Of a stretch of DNA of 38,882 nt, positions 18,591 through 27,372 are shown one piece after another (within the stretch, counting starts at the first letter, position 1; every line of letters starts with the position of its first letter). Under the pieces are notes generated by a model. That model worked only from the letters and a program-made list of their open reading frames with translations, did not search any database and was not told the origin of the DNA. Where the stretch lies: the sequence record SRR20825006_1572. One strand, written 5' to 3'. Position numbers and translations under genes: made by a program.

Positions 18591-19577
18591 TCAGTTCTCG
18601 ATGACGACTTTGCCCATGGCTTTGCCACTTTCGAGTCGTGCGTAGGCTTCGCCAGCTTCTTCCAAAGAGAAGTTGGTTTCATCAAGGATGGGCGTGAGGG
18701 CACCCGATTCAGCGATCTCGGTCAGCTTGCGAAGAATGTCGCCATGCTCGGATCTTTTGTGGTTGTGCAACATGGGAATCAGCATGAAGACGACATGCAG
18801 CGACAATCCCTTGAAGTGAGCCGGTGTGAGATCCAACTCGCACATCGAAACCGTGGTTGCGACTTGCCCGTTGAGTGCAGCGGCTTCGAATGAGTTGGTC
18901 AGGTTGGCTCCGCCGACGGAATCAAACACCACATCGAATCCCGCCCCATCGGTGTGCTTGGCAACGTATTGCTCGACCGATTCGGTTTTGTAGTTGATGC
19001 CTGTCGCACCCAACTTTTCGATCAGAGCAAGTTGTTTGTCACCGCCGCCAGTGGAATAGACGTCGGCTCCGAAGTGTTTTGCCAATTGCAACGCGACGTG
19101 TCCTACGCCGCCTGATCCACCATGCACGAGGACTTTCTGGCCGGCTTGGATGCCTGCGCGAACCAGACCTTCGTAGGCGGTGATTGCGACGAGTGGCAAG
19201 GCGGCGGCCTCCTTCATCGACAGGTTCTTTGCCTTGTGCGCGATCAAGTCGGCATCGGCAACGATGTACTCGGCCAACGTGCCCGGTAGATCCGCCAGCC
19301 CGCCAGCGCACCCATAGACTTCGTCGCCGACGGAGTAGTTCTGCACACCTTCGCCAACGGCTTCGACAGTGCCGGCAAAGTCCATTCCAAGGAGAGCGGG
19401 TGCATCAGGTGAGAGAGGCAGGTCCTTTCCCATCTTGCGAATCATCGTGTCGACCGTGTTGACGCTCGAGGCGGCAATCTTGACCAGGACGTGCCCCGGT
19501 TTGACTTCGGGTTGATCGACCTCGGAAGCCTCGAAGGGGGCGTTCTCACCGTAGTTCTTGATCAGCATGGCTTTCAT
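18591..19577 (-). CDS. MDR-family quinone oxidoreductase-like protein (zinc-independent ADH fold)
   Basis: MKAMLIK start with AAGGA RBS, ASSVNTVD, LGMDFAGTV, AAALPLVAITA, HGGSGGVG, GKAMGKVVI. No zinc-ligand Cys cluster. Confidence 0.9.
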   Translation of the reverse strand: MKAMLIKNYGENAPFEASEVDQPEVKPGHVLVKIAASSVNTVDTMIRKMGKDLPLSPDAPALLGMDFAGTVEAVGEGVQNYSVGDEVYGCAGGLADLPGTLAEYIVADADLIAHKAKNLSMKEAAALPLVAITAYEGLVRAGIQAGQKVLVHGGSGGVGHVALQLAKHFGADVYSTGGGDKQLALIEKLGATGINYKTESVEQYVAKHTDGAGFDVVFDSVGGANLTNSFEAAALNGQVATTVSMCELDLTPAHFKGLSLHVVFMLIPMLHNHKRSEHGDILRKLTEIAESGALTPILDETNFSLEEAGEAYARLESGKAMGKVVIEN

Positions 19578-19704
19578 GAGTGGTTTCCTTTGAATCGAGA
19601 TTGGATCAGACGCGAAAGAGATATTTCGTTGTTTTCGCGGTCGCCTGACTGTTTGTTTGTCAGTACGGTGTGATAATAGAGGTAGATGCCAACCCGGCAA
19701 GAAC

Positions 19705-19739
19705 GCACTTTTTAAGCCTATAGGCACAAAATGGATACT
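19705..19739. promoter_or_regulatory. Probable HxlR-family operator region between the divergent genes
   Basis: GCACTTTTTAAGCCTATAGGCACAAAATGGATACT is AT-rich, contains the palindrome GCCTATAGGC flanked by TTTT/AAAA, and overlaps the regulator start. Confidence 0.45.
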
Positions 19740-20117
19740 AATGGAAAATCCCGGCACACGAACTACGAACTGCCGGCTTGTCCCGTGGAAGCAACGCTGG
19801 AATTGATCGGCGGCAAGTGGAAAGGCATCGTGCTTTATTACTTGATGGTCGATGGACGCCTCCGATTCAGCGTTCTCAAACGCAAAGTCGGCTGTGTCAC
19901 GCAGAGAATGCTGACCAAGCAGCTTCGCGAATTGGAGGACAGCGGGTTGGTCAATCGGATCGTCTACGCCGAGGTGCCACCGCGGGTCGAATACGAATTG
20001 ACGGAAGAGGGCGAGTCGCTCACGCCCGTGCTGCTGACACTGAAGAAGTGGGGCGAAGCTCACGCATTGCAACTACTGCAGGAACGCGAAAATCGCAAAG
20101 CGGTGGAAGCGTCGTGA
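19731..20117 (+). CDS. HxlR/DUF24 family winged-helix regulator (HypR/YodB-like, N-terminal Cys)
   Basis: [41 protein letters not shown]. Confidence 0.93.
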   Translation: MDTNGKSRHTNYELPACPVEATLELIGGKWKGIVLYYLMVDGRLRFSVLKRKVGCVTQRMLTKQLRELEDSGLVNRIVYAEVPPRVEYELTEEGESLTPVLLTLKKWGEAHALQLLQERENRKAVEAS

Positions 20118-20296
20118 CCGATGTTTTCTTGGAGTGCATCTCCATGAGTTTTGTCATCGCATGAATTTGGGTTGCATGTGGGCGATGTTCGTATCTCGGC
20201 GACGCTTTCAGTTGCAACCGTAGTGGATTATGTAACGAACCCTTCCGCTTTCCTAAACACCGCACTCTTCTACCGACCATTCCCAGGACCACAGAG

Positions 20297-21103
20297 ATGG
20301 ATTTGAAATTAGGCGGCAACGTGGCTTTGATCACGGGCGGTGCGAGTGGGATCGGATTGGCGACCGCGCGAATGTTTGCGGAAGAGGGTTGCTCGCTTCA
20401 GCTTTGGGATGTTTCGACCCAAGTCGAAGAAGTGGCGAACGAGTTACGAGAGCTGGGCGCGAAAGTCGGCACCCAGATCGTCGACATTGTCGATGAAGAA
20501 CAGGTCAAGCAAGCGGTCCGTTCCTGCATGGATGAACACGGACGTCTCGACCATGTGGTTCACTGCGCGGCGATTGGGTCGGGGAAGTTTGGGTTTCCGT
20601 TCACCCACGTTGCCCCAAGCGATTGGAAGCGAACTCTGGAGGTCAATGTCATCGGGATGGCGAACATCGCTGCAGCACTGGCTCCGCCGTTGGTTGAGCA
20701 GCGGTCGGGATCCTTTGTGTTCCTCGCATCCATCGCGGGACAGATGGGGTCGCAGACCGATCCGCCTTACAGTGCCAGCAAAGCAGCCAACATTAACTTT
20801 GCGCAGTGCATGGCAAAGGACTTGGCACCGCACAATGTACGGGTCAATACGGTTTGCCCGGGGATGGTGAAAACACCGCTGAACCGATCGGTGTGGCAGG
20901 CTTGGTACGAACGCACCGATCCTCGGGACCAACTTTCCTACGAAGATTGGACGGAGCAGAAGATCAAGAACGTGATCCCGCTCGGACGTTGGCAAACGAG
21001 CGAAGACGTCGCCGCAATGATTGTGTTTCTTTCGTCAGAACGAGCCAAAGAAGTGACCGGCCAAACCATCAACGTGGATGGTGGTTGCGTGATGCACTGC
21101 TAG
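20297..21103 (+). CDS. Classical SDR family oxidoreductase
   Basis: ALITGGASGIG, YSASK, VRVNTVCPG, VTGQTINVDGG. Confidence 0.92.
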   Translation: MDLKLGGNVALITGGASGIGLATARMFAEEGCSLQLWDVSTQVEEVANELRELGAKVGTQIVDIVDEEQVKQAVRSCMDEHGRLDHVVHCAAIGSGKFGFPFTHVAPSDWKRTLEVNVIGMANIAAALAPPLVEQRSGSFVFLASIAGQMGSQTDPPYSASKAANINFAQCMAKDLAPHNVRVNTVCPGMVKTPLNRSVWQAWYERTDPRDQLSYEDWTEQKIKNVIPLGRWQTSEDVAAMIVFLSSERAKEVTGQTINVDGGCVMHC

Positions 21104-21205
21104 CAAAATAGAGCGACAACGCGCAGGCGACCGGGCTTGAAATCGCTTGACGGATTGTTGATTGACTCGAGTTCACCATCCGACGCGTGAGGTCGTTCAT
21201 GCGTT

Positions 21206-22813
21206 TCAGGATGATGTGATGCCAAGTGATTTGATTCGTGATGCAAGGGTGGTCGGTTTCATTCCGAGAAGAGCGGCGGCACCCGTCTCGCCGTACACTT
21301 TGCCTCCACACGCTTGCAGTGCTTTGCGAATGTTGTTTGCCTCGAACAAGCGGAGTTCAGCGGCGGTCATGATCTCGTCGGGTTCGTGCGAGTGGACGGG
21401 GACGATGTTTTGCGAATCGATGTCGGGTTGTGACGCGAGATTCAGTTTCAGTTTACCGGGAGGAGATGTGATCAACGCTCGTTCGAGCACGTGTTGCAAT
21501 TCGCGAATGTTGCCGGGCCAGTCATACCGCTGAAGTTCGTTGGCGTTGGCTCGCGTGAGTCTTGGCGTCGGCTTGCCAAGCCGTCGGGAAAGGCTCGTGA
21601 GCAGGTGATCGGCTAGCAGCGGGAGATCGTCTTTTCGATTTCGAAGCGGTGGCAAATCGATTGGGAACACACTGAGTCGGTAGTAAAGATCGAGTCGGAA
21701 TTTGCCGGCTTCGGCTTCGGCCTTCAGATTACGGTTGGTGGCGGCGATGATTCGAACGTCCACCATGCGTGTCCGTTCTTCGCCGACGCGTTCCAGTTCG
21801 CCTTCCTGCAGAACCCGCAGCAGTTTGCTTTGCAGGTCCAAGGGAATTTCGCCAATCTCGTCAAGAAACAAAGTGCCACCATCGGCCAGTTCAAAGCGGC
21901 CAATGCGATCACGTAGAGCGCCGGTGAAGCTGCCCTTGGTGTGTCCAAAGAACTCGCTCTCGTAAAGCTCACGAGGAATCGCCGCGCAGTTGACTTTGAT
22001 CAACGGGTGTTCATGACGAGAGGAGCGAGCATGAATCTCGCGTGCGACCAGTTCCTTGCCAGTGCCGCTTTCGCCCATCACCAACACGGTCGAGTCGGTC
22101 GGTGCGACCAAGCGAATTTGCTGTGTGACGGTTTGCAACGCATCGCTTTGCCCGATCATCTCACCGAATGCTTCTCCGCGAAGCTCTTCTTGGAGATAAT
22201 CGTTTTCGAGTTCCAAGCGTCCTCGCAAGCTTTCGATTTCTTCCCAAGCCTGCGCGTTGGCGATGGCAGACGCCACGTGGTCGGCAATCATTCGCAACCA
22301 ATCGAAGCAAGCGTCACCGATCGTGGTGCGAGCGAAGACACTGAGTACCCCCAGCACCTTGCCGCGGTGAATCAGCGGTTGTCCTCCAAATCCAAGAATA
22401 CTTTCTTGCAGGGCCCAATCGCGATGCACCAACCAATCGGGATCGCCATCGATGTTGGGAACTTCCAAAGGAGTCCCGGTGGCAGCGATGCGTCCGACTT
22501 TCCGCACGCCAAGTGGGAACCGACGAAAAGAACCGTCAATGCGGCTCAGGTCCGTGTTGGGATTCACGACCGATGTTCCTGCACTGGCCACCAAGTGAAG
22601 GCATTCGGTTTGGTCGGGGCACTCCGATCGCATCGGGCACGTGGGACAACCTTCCCCCGGTTGGATCAGCCAGATGCGAGCCAAGGCTACCGCATGAGAG
22701 CTGGCCAAATGATCAACGACCAATCGCAAAACGTCGGCGACGCTCCGCTGTTGAGGCATCGCCAGCAACAGTTTCTTGTGGTCACGGATCAGGGGAATTC
22801 GGTGTTCGATCAT
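21206..22813 (-). CDS. Sigma54-dependent enhancer-binding protein (Cys-rich GAF - AAA+ - Fis-type HTH)
   Basis: GAF region, GESGTGKE Walker [16 protein letters not shown] loop, [38 protein letters not shown] 22813 chosen because the longer ORF start (22849) lies inside the UAS array. Confidence 0.92.
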   Translation of the reverse strand: MIEHRIPLIRDHKKLLLAMPQQRSVADVLRLVVDHLASSHAVALARIWLIQPGEGCPTCPMRSECPDQTECLHLVASAGTSVVNPNTDLSRIDGSFRRFPLGVRKVGRIAATGTPLEVPNIDGDPDWLVHRDWALQESILGFGGQPLIHRGKVLGVLSVFARTTIGDACFDWLRMIADHVASAIANAQAWEEIESLRGRLELENDYLQEELRGEAFGEMIGQSDALQTVTQQIRLVAPTDSTVLVMGESGTGKELVAREIHARSSRHEHPLIKVNCAAIPRELYESEFFGHTKGSFTGALRDRIGRFELADGGTLFLDEIGEIPLDLQSKLLRVLQEGELERVGEERTRMVDVRIIAATNRNLKAEAEAGKFRLDLYYRLSVFPIDLPPLRNRKDDLPLLADHLLTSLSRRLGKPTPRLTRANANELQRYDWPGNIRELQHVLERALITSPPGKLKLNLASQPDIDSQNIVPVHSHEPDEIMTAAELRLFEANNIRKALQACGGKVYGETGAAALLGMKPTTLASRIKSLGITSS

Positions 22814-22827
22814 GGGTGACAGGATGC

Positions 22828-22878
22828 ACGAGATGTCGTTGTGTTGCAACGAAAAATCGTTGGGTCACGAAATTCCGT
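22828..22878. promoter_or_regulatory. Three palindromic upstream activator sequences (ACGA-N4-TCGT)
   Basis: ACGAGATGTCGT 22828-22839, ACGAAAAATCGT 22849-22860 (extends to CAACGA-N4-TCGTTG) and ACGAAATTCCGT 22867-22878, all 70-125 bp upstream of a sigma54 promoter. Confidence 0.7.
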
Positions 22879-22948
22879 GTTCGTTGTTTGATTGCATATG
22901 TTTTTGTAAGTGTATGCGGGGGAAGGTCTTACGGATTTGGCGTAAGGG

Positions 22949-22965
22949 TTGGCACAGTTCGTGCC
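22949..22965 (+). promoter_or_regulatory. Sigma54 (-24/-12) promoter
   Basis: TTGGCACAGTTCGTGC has GG at 22951-52 and GC at 22963-64 with exact N10 spacing. It lies next to an enhancer-binding-protein gene. Confidence 0.85.
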
Positions 22966-23036
22966 TAAAGGACGCTCGACACCGATGATCGACGTCGGTG
23001 CGTTTCAACTCTCTCGGATCCCAATGGAGTCCAATC

Positions 23037-23630
23037 ATGTCCCGAATCGAAACCGTGAACCCAGCTCTCGCGACCGGTAAAGCCAAAGAGTTGCTCGACG
23101 CTGTGCAGGCCAAGCTTGGGATGACGCCCAACCTGATGCGTGTGATGGCCAATTCACCGGCTGTCTTGGATGCGTATTTGAAGTTCAGCGGCGCTCTCGC
23201 GGTCGGTGCACTGACTGCCAAGGAACGCGAACGCATTGCCTTGGCGGTGGGCCAAGCGAACTCGTGTGACTACTGCCTCAGTGCCCATACCGCACTTGGC
23301 AAAATGTCGGGCCTGACTGCGTCTGAAATTCTTGATGCTCGTCGTGGCAAAGCGGACGACGCCAAGGCCGGAGCCATCCTGGCGTTCGCAAATCAAGTTG
23401 TCGCGAAGCGTGGGTTGGTGTCAGACGCCGATGTTACAACCGCTCGCGAAGCAGGGGTGACGGATGCGGAGATCGCAGAAACGGTCGCCAACGTTTCTCT
23501 CAACATCTTGACCAACTACCTCAACCATGTCGCTCAAACCGAAGTGGATTTCCCGGTTGCCGAAAAGTTGTCGGACGATTCGGCAATGGAATCGTGCGGT
23601 TGCCACACGGAAGCGTGCAGCGTCGCTTGA
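23037..23630 (+). CDS. AhpD/carboxymuconolactone decarboxylase-family peroxidase-related protein
   Basis: [38 protein letters not shown] (CxxC...H), [15 protein letters not shown] before ATG 23037. Confidence 0.9.
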   Translation: MSRIETVNPALATGKAKELLDAVQAKLGMTPNLMRVMANSPAVLDAYLKFSGALAVGALTAKERERIALAVGQANSCDYCLSAHTALGKMSGLTASEILDARRGKADDAKAGAILAFANQVVAKRGLVSDADVTTAREAGVTDAEIAETVANVSLNILTNYLNHVAQTEVDFPVAEKLSDDSAMESCGCHTEACSVA

Positions 23631-23679
23631 CGCGATGCGAAGTAACCAAACGTTGCGCTCGAAACATTGGAGAATCAAC

Positions 23680-24150
23680 ATGGCAAGCCCAACTGACATC
23701 CGGCCGCCTTTCACGCGTGAGTCCGCCATTCAAAAAGTGCGAGCGGCGGAAGACGCCTGGAACTCGCGGGATCCGCAGCGAGTCTCGCTGGCGTATTCCA
23801 TCGACAGCGAATGGCGCAACCGAGATGCGTTCCTGCGGGGACGCGATCAGATCGTCCACTTCTTGTCTGGTAAGTGGAAGTCGGAACAGGAGTATCGCCT
23901 CGCGAAACAATTGTGGGCGTTCTCTGAAAATCGAATCGCCGTTCGGTTCCAGTACGAGTACCAAACCGAGGCCGGAAGTTGGTTTCGTGCCTATGGCAAT
24001 GAAAACTGGGAGTTTGATCCCGATGGTTTGATGCGGCGACGTGAGGCCAGCATCAATGACCATGCGATCGATGTCTCGGAGCGAAAGTTTCATTGGCCGT
24101 TGGGTGCCCGACCATTGGACGACCCTGGCTTGCAAGAGCTCGTGAAATGA
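23680..24150 (+). CDS. DUF1348 (NTF2/SnoaL-like) protein
   Basis: [70 protein letters not shown] before ATG 23680. Confidence 0.92.
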   Translation: MASPTDIRPPFTRESAIQKVRAAEDAWNSRDPQRVSLAYSIDSEWRNRDAFLRGRDQIVHFLSGKWKSEQEYRLAKQLWAFSENRIAVRFQYEYQTEAGSWFRAYGNENWEFDPDGLMRRREASINDHAIDVSERKFHWPLGARPLDDPGLQELVK

Positions 24151-24164
24151 AGCGGCCGATCACT

Positions 24165-24197
24165 TGCCCTCGCGTGAACTCCGTTTCCGCGAGGGCA
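24165..24197 (+). terminator. Intergenic GC-rich hairpin
   Basis: TGCCCTCGCG-N13-CGCGAGGGCA is a perfect 10-bp stem followed by TTTG, 15 nt after the DUF1348 stop. Confidence 0.55.
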
Positions 24198-24265
24198 TTT
24201 GGTGAACGAACAGACGATTGAACATCCATCCGATCACCCATCCAATCAACTCAAAATTTCGAATC

Positions 24266-25249
24266 ATGAAATTACTATCACTCACCCACGGGGTCATCGG
24301 AACGGCCCTCGCCGTGGCTCTTTCCGGTCCCATCGCTACAACCACATCCGCAGAAGACCACCCGCACGTCGCGGCTGATTCACAGGTCATGCATCGCACG
24401 ATCCAGATCGATGACCTGGAGATCTTTTACCGGGAAGCGGGGCCGAAAGATGCACCGACATTGTTGCTGTTGCACGGGTTTCCGACTTCTTCCCACATGT
24501 TTCGAAATTTGATTCCCGCTTTGGCGGATCGCTATCACGTGGTCGCGCCGGACTATCCCGGGTTCGGATTCAGTTCGGCTCCGTCGGTCGACGAGTTTGA
24601 GTACTCGTTTGATAACCTGGCTCGTGTGATTCAGGTTTTCACCGAAAGACTGAAGCTGGACCAATACTCGCTGTACGTGATGGACTACGGCGCCCCGGTC
24701 GGATTCCGCTTGGCGACGGCACATCCTGAACGCGTTCAAACGCTGATCATTCAGAACGGAAACGCCTACGAAGAAGGCATCGACAACCAGTTTTGGGTGC
24801 CCGTGAAAGCGTTTTGGAATGAACGGTCATCTGAGAACCGGGACGCGCTTCGTTCGATGTTGACGCTGGATGCGACCAAGTGGCAATTCACCAACGGCGT
24901 TCGCAACGCCGCGACGATCAGTCCGGACAACTGGGGACATGTTCAGCCACTGCTCGATCGTCCTGGGAACGATAAGATTCAACTCGAGTTGTTCCACAGC
25001 TATGGCAGCAATCCAGCGTTGTATCCCCAGTGGCAAGCTTACCTTCGCAAGCATCAACCGCCGGCATTGATCGTGTGGGGAAAGAACGATGCGATCTTTC
25101 CTGCTGAAGGTGCATACCCCTATCAACGCGATTTGAAGAACGCGGAGTTGCACTTGCTCGACACCGGACACTTCGCATTGGAAGAAGATGGTGAGGTGAT
25201 CGCGAATCACATGCGACGGTTCCTTGGCCAGCACGTGCATTCTCGCTGA
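24266..25249 (+). CDS. Alpha/beta hydrolase, epoxide hydrolase/haloalkane dehalogenase-like, probably exported
   Basis: [21 protein letters not shown], Asp nucleophile elbow [24 protein letters not shown]. Hydrophobic N-terminus from ATG 24266. Confidence 0.9.
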   Translation: MKLLSLTHGVIGTALAVALSGPIATTTSAEDHPHVAADSQVMHRTIQIDDLEIFYREAGPKDAPTLLLLHGFPTSSHMFRNLIPALADRYHVVAPDYPGFGFSSAPSVDEFEYSFDNLARVIQVFTERLKLDQYSLYVMDYGAPVGFRLATAHPERVQTLIIQNGNAYEEGIDNQFWVPVKAFWNERSSENRDALRSMLTLDATKWQFTNGVRNAATISPDNWGHVQPLLDRPGNDKIQLELFHSYGSNPALYPQWQAYLRKHQPPALIVWGKNDAIFPAEGAYPYQRDLKNAELHLLDTGHFALEEDGEVIANHMRRFLGQHVHSR

Positions 25250-25261
25250 ACGACGCGGCCT

Positions 25262-26635
25262 TCACTGCCAAACACGCAGGGTGGGACCAGGGATGGATTC
25301 ATGTCGCGAACTGGCAAACGCATGGACCAAACCGCCGCCCATGGTTTCAGGTGTGTCCCGTATGATCACCAACTCGATGACACCATCGCGGTGTTGGTTC
25401 AAAAGCTGATCGAGTCGAGTGGACTCGATGTTATGGGCCCCCGATTGAATCCCCTTGGGGATCACAAATCGATCCAGCAACGACCAATCGGCCGTTTCGG
25501 TTTGCAGATCCAGCCACTGGGTTGTTTCGAGTGAGAGTCGAAGTGTTCCAGTTGGAATGGGGCGTCCGTAAATCGAGAAGGTGGCGTCCGGGGTTCTGGA
25601 AGCGAACCCGATCCCGGACGGGACGGCGGTCAGTTGCAAGGAGGTTCGCTGGATCGGTTGCTCGGAGAGGTTTCGCAGGTCAAAACGCAAGCGGATTTGG
25701 CGATCGAATCCGATTTGTTCGCTGGATTTCTTGACCAGCAGCAGGTCCTCGGGCCCCTTGCGGATGTTGGGATTCCTTTGGACCCAGATGTCTCCACCGT
25801 TCCCTTGTGCCGCGATGATTTGGGTGAGGTGTCCGGAGTTCTGTTCAAGCGGCACTCGGTATTCGCTAGCGGGCACAATTTGCTGAGGCAGCAACCAAGC
25901 GGATGTTTGTTCGGTCATGCTGCGGGTTTCTCCCGTTGCGGCCACTTCGATGTCGACTTGTCCATCGAACACCTCGACCACCGACGCTCCACCGGATTTT
26001 ACGGACACACCAAAGCTGGTCCCTTGATCAATCAGGCGGCCGTTGGGGGTGTCGACGACAAAGCCTCGCAAGCCATCGCGAACGGTGATCACAGCGGTCC
26101 CGCTGACAAGGCGGCAGTGCATTGGATCCAAAATCTGCAGCTCCGCAGGACCTTCCAAGTTCAACTGCGTTTGATTGTCAAAACGCAAGGAGGCGAATCC
26201 GCTGGCCAACCGCAAGCGTCCGGTGCCCAGTCGTTGTCCTTCGGCGAGCGGCATGGTCGAGGTCTGCCACAAACACTCGACAGTTTGTTCGAGCACCGCG
26301 AACGTTTCGGTGGATGGTGACTCGCTTGGATTGCGATTCCAAAACGTCACGATCAAAAGAATGGATGCGGCCAATCCGATGGCCCACGGAATGAGTTGCC
26401 ACGGTCCAAGCTTCGATTTTTCGCGAGTCTCCAACTTCTCGGCTGGCCGTTGTTCATGAGCTTCGATGCCGAGCAGGCATAGATCGCCATGCAAACCCGC
26501 GGCTTCGGCGAAGTCTCGGATTCTTTCGGGAGAAGCCATCGCGATGGATTCGAGTTCTTGAATTTCTGCTTGGGTTGCGCGGCCATCCAAAGCAGCGTCT
26601 CGTAACTCGAGGTAGCGTTTTTCGACGTTGGTCAT
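25262..26635 (-). CDS. FecR-domain anti-sigma factor (single TM)
   Basis: N-terminal cytoplasmic helix region, TM (WAIGLAASILLIVTFW), FecR motifs LEGPAEL, GFVVDTPNGRLIDQGTSFGVSV, VEVFDGQV. ATGA-coupled to the sigma gene. Confidence 0.88.
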   Translation of the reverse strand: MTNVEKRYLELRDAALDGRATQAEIQELESIAMASPERIRDFAEAAGLHGDLCLLGIEAHEQRPAEKLETREKSKLGPWQLIPWAIGLAASILLIVTFWNRNPSESPSTETFAVLEQTVECLWQTSTMPLAEGQRLGTGRLRLASGFASLRFDNQTQLNLEGPAELQILDPMHCRLVSGTAVITVRDGLRGFVVDTPNGRLIDQGTSFGVSVKSGGASVVEVFDGQVDIEVAATGETRSMTEQTSAWLLPQQIVPASEYRVPLEQNSGHLTQIIAAQGNGGDIWVQRNPNIRKGPEDLLLVKKSSEQIGFDRQIRLRFDLRNLSEQPIQRTSLQLTAVPSGIGFASRTPDATFSIYGRPIPTGTLRLSLETTQWLDLQTETADWSLLDRFVIPKGIQSGAHNIESTRLDQLLNQHRDGVIELVIIRDTPETMGGGLVHAFASSRHESIPGPTLRVWQ

Positions 26636-27183
26636 GACGTCACTCCTGCGTTCATTTTTCGAGTCACACAGTCTCGCAACGAATCCCGAATACGACTGAG
26701 CATGCGATAAACGGCATCGAGGGATCGGCCGGTGCGAGTGGCGATGGATTCGATCTTTTCACCATCGGTGTACCGCTGGTCGATCAGTTGTCGGTGTCGC
26801 TCGGGCAACGATCTGACACAGGCACGAAGATTTTCGAGGCGTTGATCGTAACGGTCCGTTTGCGTGTCCAGTTGGGTTGCCACCGCGGTCAAAAACTCAT
26901 CTGAAAATTGCAGACGGCTGCGTTGTTGCTTTTGCCGCCACGCTCTCATTTGATTGAATGCGACGCGACAGGACCACGCGGTGAAATTGGTGCCCCATTC
27001 GAAGTCATCGAATTTTCGCCACAGAACCAAATCGGTCTCTTGCAAGACCTCTTCCACATCGTTGCGGTCATTCATCAGGCTCATCAGGTAGGCAAACCGA
27101 TGACGACGGGTTTGACCGAGCAACCGCACAAACTCTTCGGTGTGATCGATGGGACCGGTGATCGATGCATCGGAGTCGGTCAT
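26632..27183 (-). CDS. ECF sigma-70 factor (Rhodopirellula/Verrucomicrobium TIGR02989-like)
   Basis: DVEEVLQETDLVLWRKFDDFEWGTNFTAW (region 2), LPERHRQLIDQRY...IA...AVYRMLSRIR..LRDCV (region 4). Confidence 0.92.
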   Translation of the reverse strand: MTDSDASITGPIDHTEEFVRLLGQTRRHRFAYLMSLMNDRNDVEEVLQETDLVLWRKFDDFEWGTNFTAWSCRVAFNQMRAWRQKQQRSRLQFSDEFLTAVATQLDTQTDRYDQRLENLRACVRSLPERHRQLIDQRYTDGEKIESIATRTGRSLDAVYRMLSRIRDSLRDCVTRKMNAGVTS

Positions 27184-27240
27184 GCGTCGGGATCCATGAA
27201 TTCGACGTGTTGGTGGGTTGCGGGGTGCGGCGTCGCTGGA

Positions 27241-27269
27241 AAATAGCCTTCCGTCCCGATCTTGGACAT
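27241..27269 (-). promoter_or_regulatory. Putative ECF-sigma promoter for the sigma/anti-sigma operon
   Basis: The minus strand reads ATGTCCAA-N13-GGCTATTT, matching the plus-strand motif at 27304-27332. Confidence 0.7.
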
Positions 27270-27303
27270 CAAAGCGTTCTTTTTTGCGTTTTTCGGTGAG
27301 GAT

Positions 27304-27332
27304 ATGTCCAATCGGAACTTTTCTGGTTATTT
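27304..27332 (+). promoter_or_regulatory. Putative ECF-sigma promoter for the sulfatase fusion gene
   Basis: ATGTCCAA-N13-GGTTATTT has the same boxes and spacing as the divergent copy. Confidence 0.7.
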
Positions 27333-27372
27333 GATGGTAGTCCTTCCAGTTTGCTCAATGATCCCCGGCACA

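Noticed and set aside
19578-20072. 165-aa N-terminal extension of the QOR ORF
   Set aside because: It overlaps the HxlR gene on the other strand. The family start MKAM has its own RBS at 19577.
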